From Candidatus Eiseniibacteriota bacterium (GTDB lineage Bacteria; Eisenbacteria; RBG-16-71-46): a stretch of DNA of 64,000 bases. The stretch's first letter is position 1, and each line of letters opens with the position of its first letter. Positions 48,027 to 56,029 of the stretch are shown here, one piece after another. The notes under the pieces are model-generated. The model was not told the DNA's origin. It did no database searches and saw nothing but the letters and a program-made list of their open reading frames with translations. Where the stretch lies: assembly GCA_016178685.1 (NCBI GenBank), contig JACOSU010000081.1, positions 722-64,721 on the forward strand, in the 5' to 3' direction. Both the position numbers and the translations under genes were made by a program.

Positions 48027-48839
48027 CTACTTATGACCCGGGACGATGAACACCCGGTCGAGGTTGAACAGCTCCCAGCCCTCGAAGGCGAACGAGGTGA
48101 CGTTCGTCAGGCCGCCGAAGAACATCCGCGTGAACACCTCGATGTTGCCGACGGTCGAGCGCGGCACGTACACGATGTCGAAGCGCGACAGCCGCAGATC
48201 ACCCTTCAGGCCGCCGAACTTGAGAACGTCGTCCACCCGGACCTCGGCCACGCGCACCGTATTCGCGCCGTTGCGGTTGAACACGAGAACGTTGTTCCGG
48301 GCGGCGCCCTCCTTGAATCCCCCCGCCGCGGTGATGGCCTGGACCACGGTCATGTAGGGGTCCGCGGTCACCGGTCCGACCCTCACGACTTCGCCGATCA
48401 CGTGAACCTGGTTCACGGCCAGCCTTGACAGCTCGACGATCACCCGCGGAGCCCGGATGTCGCCCGCCAGGAGTTTGACCAGCGCGCCTTCGAGCTCGCG
48501 AGGCGTGCGCCCGGCCGCGATCACGTCGCCGACCGGGAACACAGAGATGCGCCCGTCGGGACGGACCACCATTTCTCTCAGGATATCGCCGTTCAGATCC
48601 GCGCGAGGTCCAAAATCGAGCGTGAGCTCGTCGCCGGGAACGATCCGGTACTCGGGGACCGAGCTCCAGTCGAGCGCGAGCGAGTCGGCGTCTCCATAGG
48701 ACGAAGCGGGGGTCAGATCGGCATGCGGCGCCGGGGTCGTCTCGGCGTGCGATGCGCTGAAAATCGCTGCCGTGGACGCGAGCGGGGCGCCGGCGAGCAG
48801 CGCGGCCGCGAACCACGGACGCAGAACGTTTCGAATCAA
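48027..48839 (-). CDS. Outer-membrane polysaccharide export protein (Wza/OPX family; Poly_export + SLBB domains).
   Basis: Signal peptide MIRNVLRPWFAAALLAGAPLASTAAIFSA. Also PEYRIVPGDELTLDF, SVFPVGDVIAAGRTPRELE and VIGEVVRVGPV (SLBB). TTG start with GAGGAG 5 nt upstream. Confidence 0.8.
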   Translation of the reverse strand: MIRNVLRPWFAAALLAGAPLASTAAIFSASHAETTPAPHADLTPASSYGDADSLALDWSSVPEYRIVPGDELTLDFGPRADLNGDILREMVVRPDGRISVFPVGDVIAAGRTPRELEGALVKLLAGDIRAPRVIVELSRLAVNQVHVIGEVVRVGPVTADPYMTVVQAITAAGGFKEGAARNNVLVFNRNGANTVRVAEVRVDDVLKFGGLKGDLRLSRFDIVYVPRSTVGNIEVFTRMFFGGLTNVTSFAFEGWELFNLDRVFIVPGHK

Positions 48840-49081
48840 AATCGCTCCTCAGGACGAAGTATCACGAGGCCCCCCACGCTTCGGAGTTCCCAGACAGTCG
48901 TTGGGGACCGCCAAGGAAGGCACCGGACGCGGGGTGCCGGTCGGCCCTCTGGCCCCACCGGCAACCGGATTACCGGGCCGAAATCCCGTTGATTTCGACC
49001 CCAGCAGTAACAAGATGCGTCTCGGCTGGCCTCCGCCCTGTGGATCGAACCGCTGGCTGCTGCGCTACTTGAGCGCGACCG

Positions 49082-49111
49082 AGTATAGGGAGTCGGGAAG
49101 TCCGCTGTCAA
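49082..49111 (-). promoter_or_regulatory. Near-consensus sigma70-type promoter (TTGACA-N18-TATACT) on the minus strand, ~235 nt upstream of wza. It is the likely promoter of the wza-wzz-kinase operon, with a long structured 5'-UTR.
   Basis: The minus-strand sequence reads ...aaTTGACAgcggacttcccgactcccTATACTcggtcg. Whether this organism's housekeeping sigma uses the E. coli consensus is an assumption. Confidence 0.35.
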
Positions 49112-49168
49112 TTCGCATCTGGTCCCACCGTGGACAAGTGAGAACCACGCAAAGGGTGTGCCCGCCTC

Positions 49169-50116
49169 TCAGCGGTCGATCTCGGCCAGAATCGCGGCCG
49201 AGAGCAGCGGGACCATGATTTCGTGATGTCCGGTGAGGGCGAAACCGCGCGCTCCCGGCGCCCGGGTGGGTCTTTCCACCACATTCACGCGCGGGCGGTA
49301 ATGCTGGATCTGGTCGAGATTCACGGTCGTGAGCCCGGACAGGTCGGCACCCAGATTGCGGGCCACGGACAGGGCCTTGAGGAAAACCTCGGGCATCAGA
49401 ACCGCCGACCCGAAGTTGATCGCAACCGCGCCCTGCGCCCGCTCGAGGGTTGCGGCCAGGATCCGGAAGTCTCGGAGCGTGGTCTCCCCGAGCGCCGCTC
49501 CATCGCAGCGCGGATGATGATGGATCGTGTCGGTCCCGATCGCGACGTGCACGGTGGCCGGCACGCCGAGCCGCCACGCCGTGGCCAGCAGGCTGGCCGA
49601 GGCGTGCGGCGGACCCTCGCGGTCGAGCGCGCGCCCCCACGCCTCGCCCAGGCCCTCGCCGCGCTCGCGTCCTGCGATCATCTCGGCGTTCATGAAGTCG
49701 CCGGTCTCATCCACCATGCCGAAGGTCCCGGCGTGAAGAGCGGACTCGACGTCCTCGGAGGTCGTGCCGATGCGCGCGATCTCGACGTCGTGGATCGCGG
49801 CCGCGCCGTTCATCGCCAGGTGGGTGACCACGCCGCGCTCCATCAGCGCGATCAGGCACGGCGAGACGCCGACCTTGATCACGTGGCCGCCGATCATGGC
49901 CAGCACCGGCCGCCCGCCGCGGTGCGCGGCCGCGACGCGCTGGATCACCTCGCGGATCGCACGGGCTGCCAGCTGGTCGGGCAGCGCGTCGATCACGGCG
50001 CGCGCGGCAGCCGGATCGAGCGGACGGGCGAATTCCTCGACCCGGACGCGTGTCGGCCGCGTCGCGACCGAGCCCACGGTGAGACGCGACAGATCCGCTG
50101 CGCGATAGCGCGACAT
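49169..50116 (-). CDS. Deoxyhypusine synthase-like (DHS-like) NAD-binding protein.
   Basis: GGHVIKVGVSPCLIALMERGVVTHLAMNGAAAIHDVE and VHVAIGTDTIHHHP resemble the DHS family core regions. I recognised the family from its sequence pattern only. Confidence 0.45.
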   Translation of the reverse strand: MSRYRAADLSRLTVGSVATRPTRVRVEEFARPLDPAAARAVIDALPDQLAARAIREVIQRVAAAHRGGRPVLAMIGGHVIKVGVSPCLIALMERGVVTHLAMNGAAAIHDVEIARIGTTSEDVESALHAGTFGMVDETGDFMNAEMIAGRERGEGLGEAWGRALDREGPPHASASLLATAWRLGVPATVHVAIGTDTIHHHPRCDGAALGETTLRDFRILAATLERAQGAVAINFGSAVLMPEVFLKALSVARNLGADLSGLTTVNLDQIQHYRPRVNVVERPTRAPGARGFALTGHHEIMVPLLSAAILAEIDR

Positions 50117-51120
50117 CAGGCTCCTGCTTTCGCGTCCTGCAGCACGACGCTGATGGACCCGATCGTGACCTTGCTCTTCATGAGGACGGGAATGCGCCGA
50201 TCGTCCGCGGTCAGCCAGATCAACAGCCGGCCGTTGTGTTTGAAGATGCCCCCGGCTTTCAGGATGGGCTCGACCACCACGCAGTCGAACGTCCCGGCCG
50301 GCACGTGAACGCGATCGCGTCCCAGGATCCGGACTTCGAGCGGCTGGCTGCGCCGGCTCGCGTGGTAATCGAACACGACGCTTCCCCCCACCGGCAGGGC
50401 CTGGGTTCGCGTGAAGTAGAACGACGATAGCGCATCCTGAACGTGCGGCGGGACCGGAAACGTGCGGCCGTCGCTGTAACGCGCTTCACCGTTCGTCGAG
50501 TCGAAGACGATCCTGCTCTGCGTTCTGGACCCGCCCTCGTGTCGATCCTCGCGATAGCTGAGGCTGAAACGCCCCTGCGAGTCCCACACCGACTCAATGC
50601 GATTGCGCACCTTGTACGTGAGGCTGAAGAATGCGTTGGACTCGGCGCGCGCCACCAGAGTATCCACCGGCCGGCCGGCGAAGCTTCCGTTGCCGTGCAC
50701 TTCGAGCCACGCGCTGCCGGCATGGATTGGCCCGTACTGAACCGAGAAGCGCAGCGATTCTCCGGGGCGAAACGGCCGCTCGACAGCCGGCAGCACATCG
50801 CCCAGTCCACCGCCCCTCGAGGCGGTCGCGGTGTCGGGATCGAACCCGGGGCCCTGCGAATCCGCAGCCGGTGCGAGACAGAGTATCGCGAGTGCGAGCA
50901 GCGCCGCGATCCGGTGGCGGCCGGGGCGGCCAGGTTGGGTAGCCGGGGCGCATGGCTCGAAGGCCGGCGCGGCCCGCCGCACGGCCACTGCCGGACCCGG
51001 ACGCGGCGGTTCCGGATCGGGAGAGCGGGAACCCGATTGTGGGAATGCGCCGCCGGCTCTAGAATCACGGACACGCACCATCTCGAACGCGTTTAAGGCA
51101 ATTCCAGTGCCGCCCTTCAC
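50116..51120 (-). CDS. Secreted/lipoprotein-like hypothetical protein with a beta-rich domain (possibly DUF3108-like). The true start is probably near 50990.
   Basis: A signal-peptide-like segment HRIAALLALAILCLAPAADS is followed by a soluble domain (FSVQYGPIHAGSAWLEVHG...TYKVRNRIESVWDS...). The N-terminal ~45 codons of the track ORF are uncertain. A 1-nt stop/start overlap links it to the DHS-like gene. Confidence 0.4.
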   Translation of the reverse strand: MKGGTGIALNAFEMVRVRDSRAGGAFPQSGSRSPDPEPPRPGPAVAVRRAAPAFEPCAPATQPGRPGRHRIAALLALAILCLAPAADSQGPGFDPDTATASRGGGLGDVLPAVERPFRPGESLRFSVQYGPIHAGSAWLEVHGNGSFAGRPVDTLVARAESNAFFSLTYKVRNRIESVWDSQGRFSLSYREDRHEGGSRTQSRIVFDSTNGEARYSDGRTFPVPPHVQDALSSFYFTRTQALPVGGSVVFDYHASRRSQPLEVRILGRDRVHVPAGTFDCVVVEPILKAGGIFKHNGRLLIWLTADDRRIPVLMKSKVTIGSISVVLQDAKAGA

Positions 51121-51140
51121 AGGGCCCTCATGAGGACACT

Positions 51141-52352
51141 ATGTCATCCAGCCAATCGCCTGTCAAACCTGTGCTTGCGGCGTCGGATCGGCTCCAGAAC
51201 GTGGCGCCCTACGCGCTCGCCAGGGTGTTTCAGGATCGCGACGAGAAGGTGCGGCAGGGTGCGGACGTGATCGATCTGGGCGTGGGAAATCCCGACCTGC
51301 GACCGCCCGCGCTCGCGATCGAGGCGCTGAAGGCGGCGCTCGACGATCCCTCGGTGCAGAACCACCGCTACCCTTCATTCAACGGCCTGCCCGAGTTCCG
51401 GGCGGGGATCGCGCAGTGGTACCGCACGCGTTTCAGCGTGACGATCGATCCCGAGGGCGAGGCTCTCCCGCTGGTCGGTTCGAAGGAGGGCATCGCGAAA
51501 CTTCTGTTCGCGCACCTGAACCCCGGCGATACGGTGTTGATGTGCACGCCGTGCTATCCGGCCTACCTGGGGGCCGCCGCGCTCACGCAGAGCCGGCTGG
51601 TCGAGGTCCCGCTGCTCGCGCGCAACCGCTTCCTGCCCGATCTCGGCGCGATCGACCCCGAGGACGCGCAACGCGCGAAGTTCATCTGCGTGAACTTTCC
51701 GAACAACCCGACCGGAGCGATCGAGACGCCCGAGTTCTACCAGGAGTTGCTGAGCTTCGCGCGCCGGCACGACCTGTTCGTGATCTCGGACATCGCGTAT
51801 TGCGACCTGTCCCTCGATCCGTCGTACCGCGCGAGATCGTTCCTCGAGTTCGACCGCGACCACGAGCGAACCGTCGAATTTCACTCGTTCTCGAAGTCGT
51901 ACTCGATGCAGGGCTGGCGCATCGGATTCGCGGTCGGAAATCGCGAGGGGATGGCGAACCTGTTGAAGATCAAATCGAACATGGATTTCGGCGTGTTCAT
52001 GGCGATCCAGCGCGCGGCGCTCGCGGTGCTGACCGGTCCGCAGGACTATTGCCGCGAAGCGGCGAACACGTACCGTTTCCGGCGTGACGCGTTCCTCAGC
52101 GCGATCCAGCCGCTCGGCTATCCGGTCGATCCCCCGCTCGCGACGCTCTACGTGTGGCTTCCCATCCCGCGGCGTTACGGCTCGTCCATGGAGTTCGCGC
52201 GCGACCTGCTCGATCGGACCGGGGTCGTGGTCGCGCCCGGAATCGGCTTTGGCCGGGCCGGCGAGGGCTACGTGCGCGTGGCGCTGTGCGTTTCCGAGAA
52301 TCGGCTGCGCGAGGTTGGGCGGCGCATGTCGGACGCGGGCTTTCGCTACTGA
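51141..52352 (+). CDS. Class I/II PLP-dependent aminotransferase (aspartate / LL-diaminopimelate aminotransferase-like).
   Basis: NFPNNPTGA and SFSKSYSMQGWRIGFAVG (PLP Lys), with a C-terminal arginine. 403 aa. Confidence 0.85.
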   Translation: MSSSQSPVKPVLAASDRLQNVAPYALARVFQDRDEKVRQGADVIDLGVGNPDLRPPALAIEALKAALDDPSVQNHRYPSFNGLPEFRAGIAQWYRTRFSVTIDPEGEALPLVGSKEGIAKLLFAHLNPGDTVLMCTPCYPAYLGAAALTQSRLVEVPLLARNRFLPDLGAIDPEDAQRAKFICVNFPNNPTGAIETPEFYQELLSFARRHDLFVISDIAYCDLSLDPSYRARSFLEFDRDHERTVEFHSFSKSYSMQGWRIGFAVGNREGMANLLKIKSNMDFGVFMAIQRAALAVLTGPQDYCREAANTYRFRRDAFLSAIQPLGYPVDPPLATLYVWLPIPRRYGSSMEFARDLLDRTGVVVAPGIGFGRAGEGYVRVALCVSENRLREVGRRMSDAGFRY

Positions 52353-52461
52353 GCCGCTCGTCGCTTCGGCCATCGAGACTCCGGGGGCGGAATCTTCCCG
52401 GGCACGGTCGACGGACGCTGCGCCGCAGCCCGCTGCGGTACGGCTCGCCGCGGGACGTCCC

Positions 52462-52491
52462 TTGACCGCTCGCTAACCGGTTGGATAGAAT
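52462..52491 (+). promoter_or_regulatory. Promoter-like element TTGACC-N18-TAGAAT upstream of the small-protein / carbamoyltransferase operon.
   Basis: cTTGACCgctcgctaaccggttggaTAGAATcat, located ~10 nt before the first ORF. Confidence 0.3.
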
Positions 52492-52499
52492 CATTTCCC

Positions 52500-52733
52500 T
52501 TGCTCGTGAACGATGTGGTACCCGCGTTGGGAGCTTCACTCGTGAAAACCGTCAAGCGCTTCTTCCGCAACCTGTTCGCCCGCGTCGGCCTGGCGGGGGG
52601 ATTGCTGTCGTTCTTCTGGCGCCGGAAGATCTGGTGGATGATCCCGCTGGTGGGAGCCATCCTGATCCTCGGTGTGCTGGTGATCTTCGGACAGTCTTCC
52701 GCGATCAGCGCATTCATCTACACCCTGTTCTAG
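52500..52733 (+). CDS. Small hydrophobic membrane protein (~64-77 aa). It may belong to the small-protein family that accompanies NodU/CmcH-type carbamoyltransferases (SxtK/DUF5989-like).
   Basis: The more likely start is GTG at 52541 (GGGAG 8 nt upstream): VKTVKRFFRNLFARVGLAGGLLSFFWRRKIWWMIPLVGAILILGVLVIF. It lies immediately upstream of a second small ORF and the carbamoyltransferase. Confidence 0.4.
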   Translation: MLVNDVVPALGASLVKTVKRFFRNLFARVGLAGGLLSFFWRRKIWWMIPLVGAILILGVLVIFGQSSAISAFIYTLF

Positions 52734-52736
52734 TCG

Positions 52737-53030
52737 ATGAGAACCAGTTCGCCCGCGGTGCAGCTGGGCTCCATCCGCCGCATCGCGCCCCTTCCGGCCG
52801 ACGCTCCGTTCTACAGGCGCCTGTGGCACGCGTGGCAGGCGATCGCGCGCGTCATCGGAAATCTCCTCTCCCGCATCGTGACCAGCGTCGCGTTCGTCGT
52901 CCTCCTGCCGCTGTTCGCGATCGGCGTGCGGCTTTTCTCGGATCCTCTCCAGCTCAAGCCACGGCCCGCGCGCTGGATCCCGCTTCCACCGCCACCGTCG
53001 AACATTGATGAGGCACGGCTCGGGCTCTAG
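52737..53030 (+). CDS. Small membrane protein (97 aa). It may be SxtJ-like, the second carbamoyltransferase-associated small protein.
   Basis: The ATG lies 3 nt after the previous stop. A hydrophobic core IVTSVAFVVLLPLFAIGVRLF sits between polar ends. Confidence 0.4.
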   Translation: MRTSSPAVQLGSIRRIAPLPADAPFYRRLWHAWQAIARVIGNLLSRIVTSVAFVVLLPLFAIGVRLFSDPLQLKPRPARWIPLPPPPSNIDEARLGL

Positions 53031-53054
53031 GCCCGACGCCTGAACGTCCATTCC

Positions 53055-54833
53055 ATGAACGTACTCGGAATTTCATGCTTCTATCACGATTCCGCGGCCG
53101 CCCTGGTGCGCGACGGGGTGCTGATTGCCGCCGCCGAAGAGGAGCGATTTTCGCGAATCAAGCACGACTTCGGTTACCCGGAGCAGGCGATCGCGTTCTG
53201 CCTCGCTGAGGCCGGCCTCACCGCACAGGATCTCGATCACGTCGTGTACTACGAGAAACCATTCCTCAAGTTCGAGCGGATCCTCACGAGTTGCCTGCAG
53301 ACCTTTCCTCGCAGCTATGAGGTCTTTCGCGAAGGAATGATCGCGTGGCTGACCGACAAGCTGTGGGTTCAGAATCTGATCAGCGACCGGCTCGGAGTGC
53401 CGGCGAAACGCGTGATCGCCATCGACCATCACGCCGCCCACGCGGCGAGCGCCTTCTATCCGTCGCCGTTCGACGAAGCGGCGATCCTGACCGTGGACGG
53501 CGTTGGCGAGTGGGCCACCGCGACGTTCGGCAGCGGAACGGGGAGCCGGCTCTCGCTGAGTCACGAGATCCGCTTCCCGCACTCGCTCGGCCTGCTCTAC
53601 AGCGCGTTCACGGCGTTTCTCGGGTTCGAAGTCAACGAGGGCGAGTACAAGGTGATGGGCATGGCGCCCTACGGGAAGCCGCGCTATCTCGACGACGTGT
53701 GGAAGCTGATCACGCTCGGCGACGACGGATCGTTCCGCCTCAACATGGAATATTTCAGCTTCCAATACTCCGCCCGGCACACGTACAACCACCGGTTCAT
53801 CAAGCGGTTCGGCCCGCCGCGGCCGCCCGGGATACACTTCTTCACCTCCACTTCGGGCTATCCCTCCTACTTCGGCCCGAAACCCGCCGACTATGAAGCG
53901 CTGGCGCGCACGAACCAGCACTACGCCGACATCGCGGCCTCGATCCAGCGGGTGACGGAAGAGGTGCTGCTTCACATGGCGCGCGCGCTCCATCGCCGGA
54001 GCGGGATGAAGAAGTTGTGCATGGCGGGCGGCGTCGCGCTCAACTCCGTCGCGAACGGCCGTATCCTGCGCGAAACGCCGTTCGAAGAACTGTATATCCA
54101 GCCCGCGGCCGGGGACGGTGGCGGCGCGGTCGGCGCCGCGTTCTATGCCTACCACCAGCTTCTCGGGAAACCCCGCGGCTTCATCATGAAGCACGGCGCC
54201 TGGGGCAAGGAATACAGCCAGGGCGAGACGCTCGACTGGCTGCGCGCGCAGAACATCGCGCACGAGATCGTGGACAGCGAAGACGTGCTGCTCGACCGGG
54301 TGGTTGACTCTCTGGTGCGCGGCGAGGTGGTCGGCTGGCATCAGGGCCGCTTCGAGTGGGGCCCGCGCGCGCTCGGCTGCCGCAGCATCCTCGCCGATCC
54401 GCGGCGCGCGGACATGAAGGACATCGTCAATACGAAGATCAAGTTCCGCGAGCCCTACCGGCCGTTCGCGCCCTCAGTGGTCGCCGAGGCCGCTGAACGA
54501 TATTTCGACCTGCCGGACGCGGCCCGCCATTACCCCGCGCGCTTCATGCTTCTGGTCGCGCCGGTGCGGCCGGAACATCACGCGACATTGCCCGCCACGA
54601 CTCACGTGGATGGATCCGGGCGGCTGCAGACGGTGTTTCGCGAGGAAAGCCCGCTCTATCACGGGCTGATCGAGCGCTTCGGCCGCGCCACCGGCGTGCC
54701 GGTCGTGATGAACACTTCGTTCAATCTCAAGGGCGAGCCGATCGTCACGACCCCGGCGAATGCGCACAGCACGTTTACGCGGTCGGAGATGGACCTGCTG
54801 GTGGTCGGCAATGTGCTGGTGCGCAAGAGCTGA
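53055..54833 (+). CDS. Carbamoyltransferase (NodU/CmcH/NovN family; carbamoyl-phosphate dependent O-carbamoyltransferase).
   Basis: MNVLGISCFYHDSAAALVRDG, AEEERFSR (YrdC/Kae1-like N-domain), CMAGGVALNSVANG and the C-terminal HVDGSGRLQTV...VVMNTSFNLKGEPIV. Full length, 592 aa. Confidence 0.9.
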   Translation: MNVLGISCFYHDSAAALVRDGVLIAAAEEERFSRIKHDFGYPEQAIAFCLAEAGLTAQDLDHVVYYEKPFLKFERILTSCLQTFPRSYEVFREGMIAWLTDKLWVQNLISDRLGVPAKRVIAIDHHAAHAASAFYPSPFDEAAILTVDGVGEWATATFGSGTGSRLSLSHEIRFPHSLGLLYSAFTAFLGFEVNEGEYKVMGMAPYGKPRYLDDVWKLITLGDDGSFRLNMEYFSFQYSARHTYNHRFIKRFGPPRPPGIHFFTSTSGYPSYFGPKPADYEALARTNQHYADIAASIQRVTEEVLLHMARALHRRSGMKKLCMAGGVALNSVANGRILRETPFEELYIQPAAGDGGGAVGAAFYAYHQLLGKPRGFIMKHGAWGKEYSQGETLDWLRAQNIAHEIVDSEDVLLDRVVDSLVRGEVVGWHQGRFEWGPRALGCRSILADPRRADMKDIVNTKIKFREPYRPFAPSVVAEAAERYFDLPDAARHYPARFMLLVAPVRPEHHATLPATTHVDGSGRLQTVFREESPLYHGLIERFGRATGVPVVMNTSFNLKGEPIVTTPANAHSTFTRSEMDLLVVGNVLVRKS

Positions 54834-54848
54834 ACGCGAGCGCACTCC

Positions 54849-56024
54849 GTGAGACGCCTGCTCCCGAATCTCGCCCTGCTCGCGGGGAGCATCCTCTTCT
54901 CCCTTCTGCTGGTCGAGGGAGCGCTGCGTCTCCTCGGCTTCTATCCCTCGTTCGCGACCCCCGACCCCACGATCGGCCCGCGCTGGCTTGCCCACGCGCC
55001 GTACCGCTATTCGCTGGAGGGTTTCTCGCAGGGCCGCATGAACGCCGCCGGCTGGCGGGACCGCGATTACTCCGAGAAGAAGCCGGTGGGGACCAGGCGC
55101 ATCCTCTTCCTCGGGGATTCCTTCGTCGCGGCGCTCGAGGTGCCGCTCGACAGCACGTTTCACAAGCGACTCGAGCGCCAGCTCAACGCGCGCGCGCTTC
55201 CCGGACACGGTACGGAAGTGATCGCACTCGGCCAGGGCGGCATGGGTACCACGCAGGAATATCTGACCTACCGGAAATGGGGGGTGGCCTACGATCCCGA
55301 TGTGGTCGCAGTGCTGTTCATCCTCAACGACTGCGGGGACAACTGGCGCTGGCCGGGGCCGGGCATGCTTCGCCCGTACTTCGTCGAAGACGGCGATTCG
55401 CTGCGGCTCGACATGTCGTTTGCGGAAACGCCCGAGTACAGGTACCTGGCGCGGATGGCTCCGTTCAAGCAGCATTCGAGCCTGGTGACGGTCGCGGCCA
55501 AGATCCGCCAGGATTTCGGTGCGCGCTTCCATCCGGACCCGGCCCAGGCGGGGTTCAGCGGCCCGCACGGCTGGTATACGACATGGAACTTCGACAAATC
55601 TCCGCCGGTGGATTCGATCCCGGCATTCGGCCTCACGGAGAAGATTCTGGCCCGCTTCGCGCGCGAGGTTCAGCGGGATGGCCGGCGTTTCGTGCTGTTC
55701 GCGGCCGGGGCGGCCGAGCAGGAAGCCCGCGAGTGTCTCATCCGCAGGTCGGGCGACCCCAATTTCGACCCGGACAAGACGCAGCAATGGCTGGTTTCGG
55801 TGGGTGCGCGCAACGGGTTCGAGGTGGTCCCGCTGACGCCGACCTTCCGCTCGGTCTGTGCGGTCGATGGCCGGCGCCTGTGGTGGGGCAGCGGTGACCG
55901 GTACGGGCATTGGAACTCAGCCGGCCATGCCGTCGCGTCCGACGTGATGGCCCGCTACTTCACCTCGCGACCCGAAGGTCTCGAGAGCGCTCCCGCCGCA
56001 GGCGCCCGGTTCCGGGCGCGGTGA
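54849..56024 (+). CDS. SGNH/GDSL-hydrolase-fold protein with an N-terminal membrane anchor (AlgX/AlgJ-like). Paralog of 60445..61620.
   Basis: N-terminal TM LLPNLALLAGSILFSLLLV. RILFLGDSFVAA (GDS block), GQGGMG and HWNSAGH (catalytic His block). Confidence 0.6.
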   Translation: MRRLLPNLALLAGSILFSLLLVEGALRLLGFYPSFATPDPTIGPRWLAHAPYRYSLEGFSQGRMNAAGWRDRDYSEKKPVGTRRILFLGDSFVAALEVPLDSTFHKRLERQLNARALPGHGTEVIALGQGGMGTTQEYLTYRKWGVAYDPDVVAVLFILNDCGDNWRWPGPGMLRPYFVEDGDSLRLDMSFAETPEYRYLARMAPFKQHSSLVTVAAKIRQDFGARFHPDPAQAGFSGPHGWYTTWNFDKSPPVDSIPAFGLTEKILARFAREVQRDGRRFVLFAAGAAEQEARECLIRRSGDPNFDPDKTQQWLVSVGARNGFEVVPLTPTFRSVCAVDGRRLWWGSGDRYGHWNSAGHAVASDVMARYFTSRPEGLESAPAAGARFRAR

Positions 56025-56029
56025 CCGCT

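Noticed and set aside
49030-49060. tRNA-like T-loop sequence GGTTCGATCC on the minus strand upstream of wza.
   Set aside because: No complementary T-stem, acceptor stem or anticodon arm can be drawn around it. It lies inside the predicted wza leader.
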